Assembly: GCA_951406725.2 (NCBI GenBank)
Contig: OX597822.1
Span: 37,820,001-37,884,000, forward strand
DNA: 64,000 nucleotides
Origin: Octopus vulgaris
Lineage: Eukaryota
Direction of reading: 5' to 3'
Position 1 is the stretch's first letter, and each line of letters begins with the position of its first letter. The position numbers and the translations under genes were made by a program. Below the pieces are notes generated by a model that saw only the letters and a program-made list of their open reading frames with translations, did no database searches and was not told where the DNA came from. This document shows positions 12,993 to 25,604 of the stretch, in pieces.

Positions 12993-13073
12993 CCTTTTAT
13001 CATAAGATATATATATATATATATGCCTTTTATCATAAGATATATATATATATATATGCCTTTTATCATAAGA
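12991..13073. repeat. 33-bp tandem repeat: tgccttttatcataaga + (TA)8, three units
   Basis: 17-mer starts at 12991, 13024 and 13057. Confidence 0.9.
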
Positions 13074-13110
13074 TATATATATATATATATATATGATACA
13101 TGTATAAGCG

Positions 13111-13279
13111 TAGGCGTAGCTGTGTGGTAAAAAGCTTGCTTTCCAACCACGTGGTTCTGAATATTCAGTTCTGCTGCAGGGCATCTTGGATAAGTGTCTC
13201 CTACAATAGGCTCAGACTGACTAAAGGCTTGTGAGTGGATTTCGTAGTTGGTAGACGGAAACTGAAAGAAACCCGTCGT

Positions 13280-13310
<31 letters not shown>

Positions 13311-13329
13311 CATACATACATATACACAG

Positions 13330-13361
<32 letters not shown>

Positions 13362-13562
13362 GTGTGTGTGTGTGTGCATACGTGCGTGTGTCTTTGTGTC
13401 TGTGCTTGTCCCCCCCCCCCACCGCTTGATAACTGGTGCTGGTGTGTTTACGTGCCCGGTTCGGGCCAAAGAGACCAGTAGAATAAGTACCTGGCTTTAA
13501 AAAATATCAAAGGCGGTGCCCCAGCATGGCCGCAGTCTAATGACTGAAGTAAAAAAAAAATA
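13111..13562 (+). mobile_element. SINE family A
   Basis: Family A head and tail with an expanded internal (TACA)/(TATG)/(TG) tract. Confidence 0.8.
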
Positions 13563-13680
13563 AAAGTAAAATGTATGTATGTATGTATGTATGTATGTAT
13601 CTATGTCTGTCTGTCTGTCTATTATATCATATTATATTATATCATATTATATTATATTATATCATATATTATATATATGT

Positions 13681-14040
13681 ATTAAACAAATGACAAGAGA
13701 ATAAGTATTACATAATGTAATTCATTAGCTTGCAGCTGTTTCTGCCATAAGAAACAGCTGCATGCTGAGTGCTTGCATATCCCCCTTCTGGTTTCCTTGG
13801 ATCTCCTTTTCTAAATAAGCTTACACTTAATTTTAGAAGCTCAGACGAAGCTATAAATAACATGGTGTACAAGCACTCAGCTCTGAGTTCACTGTATCTA
13901 TGAGGTACAGAGTGCACTGTATCTATGAGATACAGAAACAGCTTTAAGCTGATGAAGTTGCTTACGTAATTTCTATTCCCTTGTCGTTTATTTAGTTTCA
14001 TATTATGCTCTGTACTCAACTAATGCTTTATCCTGAAGCA
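13681..14040. mobile_element. TA-adjacent inverted-end element with decayed hammerhead motif
   Basis: 13681-13744 is inverted relative to about 13933-13997. Palindrome agcttgcagctgtttct/agaaacagctgcatgct at 13727-13766. Degenerate agct-CAGACGA...GAAACAGCTTTA-agct at 13838-13950. Confidence 0.55.
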
Positions 14041-14097
14041 TATGTAAATTACATTCTAACACCAGGTTAGTAGTAGTAGTAGTAGTAGTTGTTGTAA

Positions 14098-14134
<37 letters not shown>

Positions 14135-14578
14135 TTGATTCGGCCCCATGCGACTTAAAGTTTCATTGGTTTCTTGCAGAAACCTTGCCTGTCGGGTTCA
14201 GACGAATGGAGAGATGCAGAAAGTCCAAGATGGCTACAGGAAACTGGGCTGCTATCGGTCAAAGCAGGTCGACTAGTGCCATTAGAACTGAGATCGATAT
14301 TCCGGTGATACCAGATGAATTAAAAAGGAGAATTTCTTAGACCGCGCGGTTTGACAGTAAGTTAGTGGCGCCTTGCTGGCTGACCGATCTTTGAAGGGAC
14401 TTACAAAACATCAGATATATGGAAGTGAGGGTATGTGTGTCATATCACGTAACAGGGTCACGCAATACACGGGTAATGTGGAAACTACCTCGAGTCTCAT
14501 CCTATACAGTATTTTGCTTGTACACCTAGCGCATCTTTTTCCACTTGCATAATATTCTTTTATGTGTTTCAGCCCAAA

Positions 14579-14918
14579 TGAAGGCGCATGGCTCAGTGGT
14601 TCGAGCGTCGGGCTCACTATCATGAGATAGTGAGTTCGACTCACTGACCAGACTATGTGTTGTGTTCTTGAGCAAGACACTTTATTTCACGTTGCTCCAG
14701 TTCACTCAGCTTTAGAAACGAGTTGCGACGTCACTGGTGCCAAGCTGAATGGGTCTTTGACTTTCCCTTAGATAACATCGGTGGTGGAAGCTGGTATACA
14801 TGGGCCATTGTTAGTCTTCCATAAACAACCTTGCTTGGACTTGTACTTCGGAGGCACAATCCCATGTTATCTAGGGGCATTCCCATGGTCATTCATGACT
14901 GAAGGGGGTCTTTACCCT
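14579..14918 (+). mobile_element. SINE family C
   Basis: tRNA-like head ggctcagtggtt...gagttcgactc; body matches 1433-1750. Confidence 0.85.
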
Positions 14919-14974
14919 ATGTATTTCAGCCTAAAGGCTGTAGCCCTGCTGGGGCATATATATATATATATATA

Positions 14975-15600
14975 TTAGTTTTAAGATACGTATTGCGAAT
15001 TAGTGTGTAATGCCACACATCCTTTTCCAAGTAAGTTTTATCTTAATAATTACGATGCGCACGCTTATTCTATCTCCCTCTCTTGTTCTTCTTCCTTTCT
15101 GTTTTTCTCTCCCACCCTTTCCCTATTCTTTCCCTCTTTCTCACTCTTCCTCCTTGACTCTCGTTGATCACACTCGACTAACGGCTATTCTATCTTTCTT
15201 CCACTTCCTTCCTAAAGACAAGACGTGCTTTTATCTGTCTCTTCTCAAAGCTCGTTTTTCCAGCGTTCAGCACCATCGTCTTGACTTAACAGCCCTCACC
15301 GTTTGTTCACCTTCTGCAAAAAATCCCAAATTTTATTTAATTTGCTTTACGGGAAGGACTGTTTTAACGAAGTCGCGTCTTGTCCTAACCTTTGAAATGC
15401 GGAGTAGATAAAACAGGGGACAACTGAGGAAGGGAATGTTCTTTATGTTGCATGTCTCGTTTCTCTGTCTTTTTCGTTGTTCAAAAAAAGTTCGTTTTCT
15501 ATGTTTTTTGTTTTTTATGTTCTCGTTTCTCATTCTCTTCACGTTTTTTTTGATGTCCTGTACCCATATATGCATGTATATATACATATGTATCTAGGTA
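14975..15600 (+). mobile_element. (TA)n-embedded non-coding interspersed repeat
   Basis: 15385-15600 matches 42480-42690 in reverse orientation (gaaa(t/c)gcggagtagat...tgtcctgtacccatatatgcatg). Confidence 0.7.
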
Positions 15601-15668
15601 TGTACATATATGTATGTATATATGCATATATTTATATATTATTTATATTATATTATATTATATTATAT

Positions 15669-15719
<51 letters not shown>

Positions 15720-15722
<3 letters not shown>

Positions 15723-16206
15723 CAAGATAGAGGACGCCGTGACGGCGTCGGCCTATCTGGTGACGTTGATGTTCGCCTGGGGCTAAATGCAACAGTGACA
15801 CCCCCACCACCCTGCCCTGTACCTAGCCATATTCAGTTGGCTATTGTCCCTTATATTATGGAGCAGTCACTGTCTATATCTCATTTAGAGAATTATTATT
15901 GCTGTCGAACAGATTTTCGAAATCAGTAAATGTATTTACTTGAAAATCTTTATATATATCTTGCACGGTGAATCGTTCGTCGAGAGGCGGTGCCTACCAC
16001 ACGTTAATAATAGGCAATACACCTTGAAACCTAGGTCCGTGTGTGGCATCCGCTTCTTGGGGAATGATCTCCCTTTGCAAGATAGAGGACGCCGTGACGG
16101 CGTCGGCCTATCTGGTGACGTTGATGTTCGCCTGGGGCTAAATGCAACAGTGACACCCCCACCACCCTGCCCTGTCCCTAGCCATATTCAGTTGGCTATT
16201 GTCCCT

Positions 16207-16213
<7 letters not shown>
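15720..16213 (+). mobile_element. Retrozyme-like unit: about 355-nt monomer with 140-nt terminal direct repeat, in (TA)n
   Basis: 15720-15859 equals 16075-16213 (one visible mismatch); pure (TA)n on both sides; several hairpins; HHR-like motif inside. Confidence 0.75.
15963..16042 (+). ncRNA. Hammerhead-like motif with altered, expanded 5' core
   Basis: Stem I gcacg/cgtgt; stem II gaggcg.tgccta/taggca...cacctt; GAAA-CCTAGG-TC; 5' core reads GTGAA-tcgttcgtc-GA instead of CTGANGA. Confidence 0.45.
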
Positions 16214-16262
<49 letters not shown>

Positions 16263-16267
<5 letters not shown>

Positions 16268-16468
16268 TAAACAAACGGCGTAATGTATACTGAATGTAAA
16301 AATGAACGGGAGACAAACAGAAAGTCCATAATTCTTCATCAGTTATCGACCAACGACACTGTTCAGTTTCGCACCTTTAACAATAAAACTGTTTCCCAAT
16401 TGGCGGTGCCCGCAAAAAATAGTTTTCTTGCGTACATTCAGTATACGTTATGTTGTTTGTTTATACAT
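16263..16468. repeat. 36-bp imperfect inverted repeats bounding a 206-bp unit next to (TA)n
   Basis: atgtttaaacaaacggcgtaatgtatactgaatgta versus tacattcagtatacgttatgttgtttgtttatacat. Confidence 0.7.
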
Positions 16469-16744
16469 CTTTTCATTTATTAGGTAATGGAACGCAACAA
16501 ACACTGAATTTATATATATCAGCGATAGAAACAAACAAGTTGAGAAGCGTCAGCGGCGAAAGGAAAACAACGGAAATGCAGAGCGCCGATCTACCCTCTT
16601 GGTATACAACTACTGCGACAGAAGCTGCGCTTCAATCATAGGAAGAATCAGCCATGAAAGAAGCTGCATGAAAAGGAGCCCCTGATATGCTCGATTAAGT
16701 GACCTCTAAGCTAAATTGACCGTCTGCATAGACGAAAAGGGCCA

Positions 16745-17841
<1,097 letters not shown>

Positions 17842-18124
17842 ATATTAGTTTTAAGGTACGTATTGCAAATTTCATCTGAGAGAACAAGCTTAAAAATGAC
17901 TCGTTACAATGAAACTGATACAAATGAATATGAGACTGTTGTATACACCCCGCGACACGCACCCACCACTTTATTTGAAACTGTTAATTTTTTTATTTAT
18001 GTATCTAATTTTGAATATATTGAGTTTATATGCTTTGTGCCGTGTCCACTTTTAAATTCGTTGGTAAGCACACGCTTTGTAGTAGATGTGGCAAACCTTG
18101 TGGCAAATAAAGTAAAAAGAATTA

Positions 18125-18208
18125 TTGTCATCGTCATCATCATCATCATCATCATCATCATCACCACCACCACCACTATCATCATCATAGTCGTCGGCGT
18201 CGTCGTCG

Positions 18209-18241
<33 letters not shown>

Positions 18242-18299
18242 CCACCATCATCATCATCATTACCATTATCATCATCGTCGTCGGCGTCGTCATCATCAC

Positions 18300-18352
<53 letters not shown>

Positions 18353-18692
18353 CCATTATCATTATTATTATTACTAGCTTCACCATCACCACCGCCGCCA
18401 TCACCATCACGATCATGATCATGCTCATGATAAACATGATCACCATCATCATTCTTCTTCTTCTTCTTCTTCTTCTTCTTCTTCTTCTTCTTCTTCTTCT
18501 TCTTCTTCTTGTTCTTCTCCTCCTCCTCCTCCTTCTTCTTCTTCTTCTTCTTCTTCTTCTTCTCCTCCTCCTCCTCCTCCTCCTCCTCCTCCTCCTCCTC
18601 CTCCTCCTCCTTCTTCTTCTTCTTCTTCTTCTTCTTCTTCTTCTTCTTCTTCTTCTTCTTCTTCTTCTTCTTCTTCTTCTTCTTCTTCTTCT
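18125..18692. repeat. Compound (ATC)n/(CTT)n/(CCT)n microsatellite
   Basis: Directly visible. Confidence 0.95.
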
Positions 18693-18812
18693 TGCTCGAT
18701 GCAGTCGCTGCTTCGGTTATTGTAGTTTTTTATTTAAAGTTTCCGTTTGTTTCTAGATATTCCTTGTAACTTTCTATTGTTGTTGCTTTTGTTTCATCGT
18801 TGTTCCTGTCTT

Positions 18813-18844
<32 letters not shown>

Positions 18845-18994
18845 CCTGCTATTCCTTTTCCTTCTTTTTCTTTTTCATATCTGTTTTGTTTGTTTTTCTG
18901 TAGATGGCGCTGATTGTTGTTCTTTGTTGTTAAAATTTTGGCACCGATGCCGTTGTTGCTGTATAATAGTAGTAGTAGCAGTAGCAACAGCAGC

Positions 18995-19035
<41 letters not shown>

Positions 19036-19142
19036 CAGCAATAGTAGTCGTTGTTATTATTATTGTTATTGTTGTTCATAAACCACCAAGAAGCCATTCT
19101 AAAACAAAAGATGTTATAAATACTGTCGGGCGAAACACGCCA

Positions 19143-19227
<85 letters not shown>

Positions 19228-19540
19228 TGTGCGTCACGTCTGTGTGTGTATGTGTGTGTGTGTCTGTGTTGGTGTGTTGGTGAATGTGAATGTGTGTGTG
19301 TATGTGTGTGTTTACATAAATCTGTATAGTTTTTGCTCTGAATGAATTTGTGCTTGTTGGGGCTGTATGCGTATGTACGTGTATGTATGTACGTATGTAT
19401 GTATGTATGTATGTATGTATGTATGTATGTATGTATGTATGTATGTATGAATGTATGTACGTATGTATGTATGTCTTCGGTTTTGACTATGCGTGTTTGT
19501 TGTCATGTTTGCATGCGTTTGTTGATGCATGTATTTGTAA

Positions 19541-19609
<69 letters not shown>

Positions 19610-20047
19610 CACACTCACATATATGTATTTACACATGAATAATGGTACTGCTATGGCTCAGCAGAATTATACACACACACATACACACACACACATACAC
19701 ACACATATGCATGCATGCACACGCACATTAGTGTACATACTTATATACATATAGATAGAAACATATGCGTATATACATATTCACATAAACCGGTGCACTC
19801 ACAAGGACGCTTGAAATAATTGGAAAATGAAATTATTTCAAGAAAATAACTCAAGTTTACTTATACATTATTATATACAAACATGCACGCACACACACAC
19901 ACACATATATACGTCTGCATGTGTGTATATGTGTGTGTATGTGTGTGCGTGTATTTGCAGGTCTTGTTCGTCTCAACCGAGAGAAAAATTCTCTATACAT
20001 TTATGAAGATGGTACTCCGCCCGTTGCTTCCCGGGTTTTCACGTGTA

Positions 20048-21265
20048 TAAGGTGGTAGCAAAACGTTCCTGGACTAGTTCTGTAGCGCTCCAAAAGATGG
20101 CAGCATACGGTTGCGTGCGCAGCGAGAGCTAGCAGTGACCTTCATGAGGCGGTGTGCTGAGTGACATCGCTGCGTTTACTTCGCAAGGTGTGAAATTTGT
20201 GTTTTTGTGATCATGTGTATGCTGTAGACTGCGATTTTTGCCATGGATATAAAGCTGGAACAAAGAGCCAACGTGAAATTCTGCGTTAAACTTGGTAAGT
20301 CCGCTACAGAGACATTGAGCATGCTACAGAAAGCTTACGGCGACGAGATAATGGGTCGTACGCAACGTTTTTGAATGACACAGGTGCTTCAAATACAGAA
20401 GGTCCCTGAAAGATGATGAGCGATCCTGAAGACCTGTCACCGCCGGAAATGAGGAGAAAATTCATCAGCTTATGCATATAGAATGTCGGAGGAAAATCAA
20501 CAACGTTTTTGACCGAATCTGTGGAGCGCGAATAAGAAGATTCTTCACGACTGCATTGCACTTTGTCAACGAGCTCTCCTCACTCGCGAGTTTCTCGCCT
20601 AAAACAACATGGTACCGCTTCTGGATCCGCCCTACCCGCCATATTGACCACCCCCGGTCTTTCCCAAGGCGAAAAGACAACTCAAAGGTCGCCGTTTTGA
20701 AACCGTTGTCGAGATCAAGGGCGAATCGCAGCAGGTTCTTGAGCATGTTTTAGCCAGCTTACGGTATCGAGGACATGGGTCGTACGCAATGTTTGGAGTA
20801 GCAGTGGCGTTTCAAAAACGGAAGAAGGTCCCTGGAAGACATGAGTGATCTGGAAGACCTGTCACGAACATCACGCCCAGAAATGTGGTATTGTGCATCG
20901 AGTATTCGTTCTCCAGGGTCAGACCGTTAATCGAAAGTTCTACTGCGACGTTTTGAAGCGTTTAAGGGAGGACATTCAGCGAAAGTGACTGCATCTGTGG
21001 CGCGCGAAAAATTGGATTCTTCACGATGACAACGCACCCTATCACTGAGCTCTCCTCACACGTGAGTTTCTCGCCCAAAACAACATGGTATCGCTTCAGC
21101 ACCGGCCCTATTCGCCAGATTTAGCATCTGCAGACTTCCATCTCTTCCTCACTTACCGAAAACGACTTCCAAGCTGGATTCCCAAAGTGGCAGGAAGGCA
21201 AGGATCGTTGTACTGTTGCGGAAGGTGACTATTTCGAAGGAAATTATGTTAAAATCTAGGTAAAT
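20048..21265 (+). mobile_element. Mariner (DD34D) element, decayed, fusion of two internally deleted copies
   Basis: TA plus TIR-like start; MDIKLEQRANVKFCVKLGKSATETLSML from 20243; GIVHRVFVLQGQTVNRKFYCDVLKRL; WILHDDNAP; HRPYSPDLASADFHLF; ends GDYFEGNYVKI*. Confidence 0.9.
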
Positions 21266-21414
21266 AACTCTTTTACTCTTTTACTTGTTTCAGTCATTTG
21301 ACTGTAGCCATGCTGGAGCACCGCCTTTAGTGGAAATAAGCAATAATAAATCTCTGAGCAAGATATAAACAGTAGCCGCACGACATCGTGAAGTATATTT
21401 GCCACATGTATTAT

Positions 21415-21688
21415 ATTACGTGACCAACCAGATTATTGGATGTTGTTATACATTGCTGGTCACAATGCGCTTTGCATCATTTTAGCTTTCGAATGATGCC
21501 ACCGTACTGGTTGGGCAAGCAGGCCAGCAGTCCCTTCTGAACGGAAAGTTAATCTGTTACAGGGTTGCCTAGTGGACTAGAGCAAAATGAAATGGAGTGT
21601 TTTGCTCAAGAACCCAATCTGGGAATCAAAATTGCGATCGCAAGATCGTGAGTGCAGGACGCCTAACCATCAGCCCACGTGCCTTCAC
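21415..21688 (-). mobile_element. SINE family C-related copy
   Basis: ttttgctcaagaac box and cacgtgccttcac terminus in reverse orientation. Confidence 0.6.
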
Positions 21689-21700
21689 ACACACATGCGC

Positions 21701-21759
<59 letters not shown>

Positions 21760-21987
21760 CAAGAGAGTGGGAGTAGATTGATTACTTTCACAAAAGATAT
21801 AATTTCATTTTTTAACAACTACAATTTTGACTTCGATGTATTTCGCACGGGTTTTGTCTTAAGCTGGTAGTTTTACGGTGAAAGCAAGAAATTCTTCATA
21901 TTTTCCATAATTCGTCATTTAAAATTATTCTGTTAGTAGATAAATTGTGCAATTATTTTAATGCATTTTATGAAGGTAATACTAGTT

Positions 21988-22157
21988 TCAAAGTTTCGCA
22001 CAAAGCTAGCAATTTCGGGGGAGCGGGTACTTTATCGACCACAAAAGAAGGAAAGAATGAAAGGCAAAGATTACCCCAGCAGAATTTGGATTCAGAACGC
22101 AAAGACGGACGAAATACTGTTAAGCATTTTGTCCGGCGTGCTAACGATTCTGCTAGC
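21988..22157 (-). mobile_element. SINE family B
   Basis: gaatgaaaggcaaag...gcattttgtccggcgtgctaacgattctgc. Confidence 0.7.
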
Positions 22158-22299
22158 TGACCGCCTTATTTTATATGAATGTAATGTATATCAGAATTTG
22201 AAGGCAATGAGCTGACAGAATGGTTAGCACGCCGGGCAAAATGCTTAGCAGCATATCGTCCAGTTCTACGTTAAGGATTTACATCTGTACACCATGCTT

Positions 22300-22545
22300 C
22301 CGAAGATTTCCTGAAGATGGGGCCCCAACCCTGAAATACTGAAATATAAGGTAAAAATACAAACGATTGAAACTTGTATTATTTCTTATAACTTGCATTG
22401 TTTTGGCTTTATGCTTCCATCGATAATAATCAATTTTTAATGAACCCGCTGGCTGTTTGCTATATCAGCGTCTGAAAAGATGCTGAACTTTTATATATCT
22501 TGGTAGCGAGATTTTACTGGTATGTAGTGAGCGGTGCTTTCCATA
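22300..22545 (+). mobile_element. Short repeat starting with a hammerhead-like motif (copy 1)
   Basis: Homologous to 29025-29270; atttc-CTGAAGA-tggggccccaaccct-GAAA-TACT-gaaat at 22306-22345. Confidence 0.65.
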
Positions 22546-22726
22546 GATGAGGTCCAAAGTTAGCAATGGAGGTCGACTTTGCCTTTCACCCTTTCGAGGT
22601 CGATAAAATAAATACCACTCCCCCTAAACTCCATGCCTGTAACAAAATCTGAAACCAATATTAATTAGAATGTGTCTTCGTTCATTTGTTTTAAAAATTA
22701 GGCCTGTCCCAACAGTGATTAAGATA

Positions 22727-22953
22727 TCTCTTTTACTCTTACTTGTTTCAGTCATTTGACTGTGGCCATGCTGGAGCACCGCCTTTAGTCGACCAAATCG
22801 ACCCCAGGACTTATTCTTTGTAAGCCTAGCACTTATTCTATCGATCTCTTTTGCCGAACCGCTTAGTTACGGGGACGTAAACACACCAGCATCGGTTGTT
22901 AAGCGATGTTGGGGGACAAACACAGACACACAAACACAGACACACACACACAC

Positions 22954-23024
<71 letters not shown>

Positions 23025-23157
23025 TACATATATACGACGGGCTTCTTTCAGTTTCCGTCTACCAAATCCACTCACAAGGCTTTGGTCGGCCCGAGGCTAT
23101 GGTAGAAGACACTTGCCCAAGGTGCCACGCAGTGGGACTGAACCTGCAACCATGCGG
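22727..23157 (-). mobile_element. SINE family A
   Basis: Well-preserved reverse-complement copy with internal (CA)n. Confidence 0.88.
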
Positions 23158-23745
23158 TTCCTAACTACAATAACTTTTTTAGAATACGTTATCGCAGTGG
23201 AGCTCGAACTTGAGGTCACCATTTAACCAGTTGGATTGTTTTTGTTATTCGGTGTTTTCCATAATTTTTACAAATTTATGTTTTAGAAACTCTATCATTA
23301 CAAATAAAAATAAAGATCCTTTAATTTATATTTGTCGGAATTTCGGAATATCTGTCATACACACACTGGAATTTTTCGGGGTTGTTTTTTCGGTGTTTTT
23401 CCGCATTTTACAGTATTCCACTCGCGGCTGAACTTTCGGTAAAAATTTTTAATCCACGCTTTTTTAAATGTCTATCTATCTCCTCTTCATATCTTCGGAA
23501 CGCAAGCCGCCACTTTTTTCTGGTGATGTTATAGTTTCCACATTTTGAAACACTTATAATCCGTATTTTTACACAAAATTTCATGGAAAAGCTATCATGA
23601 ATAAATCAGAAATTCTGGGTATTTTTTTTTCGGGATTTAAATCATGAAAATTAAAATTGAAGTTTTTTTCTCTAAAAATGCTTATTACATGTGTTTCAAA
23701 ATGTGAAATACTATAACATTGAAAATATAATTGTGAAACATACTT

Positions 23746-24275
23746 AAGGCAGCGAGCTGGCAGAAACGTTAGCACGCCGAGCGAAATGCTTAGAGGTATT
23801 TCGTCTGCCGTTACGTTCTGAGTTCAAATTCCGCCGAGGTCGACTTTGCCTTTCATCCTTTCGGGGTCGATTAAATAAGTACCAGTTACGCACTGAGGTC
23901 GACATAATCGACTTAATCCGTTCGTCTGTCCTTAAAGAAATAGGTATTTCGTCTGTCTTTACGTTCTGAGTTCAAATTCTGCCGAGGTCGACTTTGCTTT
24001 TCATCCTTTCGGGGTCGATTAAATAAGTACCAGTTACGCACTGAGGTCGACATAATCGACTTAATCCGTTCGTCTGTCCTTAAAGAAATAGGTATTTCGT
24101 CTGTCTTTACGTTCTGAGTTCAAATTCTGCCGAGGTCGACTTTGCCTTTCATCCTTTCGGGGTCGATTAAATAAGTACCAGTTACGTACTGGGGTCGATA
24201 TAATCGACTTAATCCGTTTGTCTGTCCTTGTTTGTCCTCTCTGTGTTTAGCTCCTTGTGGGTAGTAAAGAAATAG
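23746..24275 (+). mobile_element. SINE family B with internal 148-bp triplication
   Basis: ggtatttcgtctg units start at 23795, 23943 and 24091. Confidence 0.88.
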
Positions 24276-24365
24276 ATTAGGGTATTCGGCTCACAATCAT
24301 AAAGTCGTGAGTTTGATTCCCGGCGGCGATTCCCTGAGAACTTCGTTAAGGGGTACGCGTGTAGA

Positions 24366-24556
24366 GATGCCGGGCGAGATGCTTAGCGGTATTTCGTCCG
24401 CTGCTACGTTCTGAGTTCAAATTCCGCCGAGGTCAACTTTGCCTTTCAACCCTTCAGGGTCGATAAAATAAGTACTAGTTGCGTACTGAGGTCAATGCAA
24501 TCTACTGGCCCCCTCCGCCAAAATTTCGGGCCTCGTGCCTAGAGTAGAAAAGAATT
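24366..24556 (+). mobile_element. SINE family B
   Basis: atgcttagcggtatttcgtcc...gagttcaaattccgccgaggtcaactttgcc. Confidence 0.8.
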
Positions 24557-24904
24557 ATGAAACATGCTTAGAACAACCAAACTTGGCGTACAGCTAGATA
24601 AGTCTCCTTTGCCAAGCAATAAAAATGCGTTACTTGCTTATATATGCTTCGTCAAAGATTCTCCTTTAGTTCAAAAACAATCATTTGTAAGACAACTAGA
24701 AAGAGATACAAAAGAGGAGCCAGTATTTCGTGTTTGAGCAATAGGTGGGGCACATCGATGGCAGGATGTCATCGCTGCTTCATCAGTTTATTGAAAAAAG
24801 TTATACCAAGCCTGTTTACAGCACACTCTTCAATCCACAGGTAAGATCTGGCTCATAAAATACAAAACGGATAATGAGATGAAATGAATAAGACATCTGT
24901 ACAT

Positions 24905-25118
24905 TTTTTTCTATTCTAAACACAGGGCCGAACTTTTTGGGGAGGGGGCCAGTCGATTAGATCGACTCCAGTACGCAACTAGTACTTAATTTATCGACCC
25001 AGAAAGGATGAAAGGCAAAGTCGACCTCGGCGGAATTTGAACTCAGAACGTAACGGCAGACGAAATACCTCTAAGCATTTCGCCCGGCGTGCTAACTTTT
25101 CTGCCAGTTCGCTGCCTT
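24905..25118 (-). mobile_element. SINE family B
   Basis: Reverse-complement copy ending ccagttcgctgcctt. Confidence 0.85.
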
Positions 25119-25444
25119 AAGATATCTGTACATTATCGGATTTAAGTGACAAAAACTTGTACAGCCCTTTCTCACTCTCCCGGTTACCATTGTTGGTTCC
25201 TGTGAGAAGAATTACAAGATATCTGGTGCTATTTTGGCTGCAAGTTTTACGTCAGAGTATCTTTCTCCTAGAAGTGCTGCCTTCTTCACGGCTTTGTTAA
25301 AAAGAACGGGACTTTCCTCTACCCCTGAGAAATCTATTTAACCCCTGACTGGTACTACCGCTCCAGGTCAGAACGAACCGGGTTGACTTAAGAAATCAAT
25401 GAGCGATGTTATCAGAGCAGTAAATAAAATCAAAGCATATGCTC

Positions 25445-25604
25445 TGTGGAATGACGTCAGCAGCTGGGTGCGTTGACCGGAAGCTGGGGCAACCGGAAGG
25501 GGCTGCAGTGAGGCGTGTGCAGGCAGCGGGGATTTCGGCTTTTCCAACGTGGCTCGTCGAGGTGTTAAGACGTGTGAAGACGTTGCTAAGGTTGGGTGAA
25601 GCAG
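25445..25604 (+). repeat. 5' LTR (first 160 bp only)
   Basis: Matches 28158-28318, then runs straight into RT-coding sequence; rest of LTR, gag and protease are missing. Confidence 0.9.

Noticed and set aside
12991-13073. CRISPR-like repeat-spacer pattern
   Set aside because: Spacers are identical (TA)8, the context is eukaryotic and there are no cas genes.
15385-15440. Permuted (type II) hammerhead GAAA...CTGAGGA, also at 42640-42690 on the minus strand
   Set aside because: Core halves are present in both copies but no stem I hairpin or palindromic stem III could be formed.
16325-16372. Minus-strand GAAAC...GTC...CTGATGA as a hammerhead
   Set aside because: Stem I is out of register and the hairpin after CTGATGA is not followed by GAAA.
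17870-17930. ttcat-CTGAGA...GAAAC...atgaa hammerhead candidate
   Set aside because: Core is one base short and there is no stem III or UH site.
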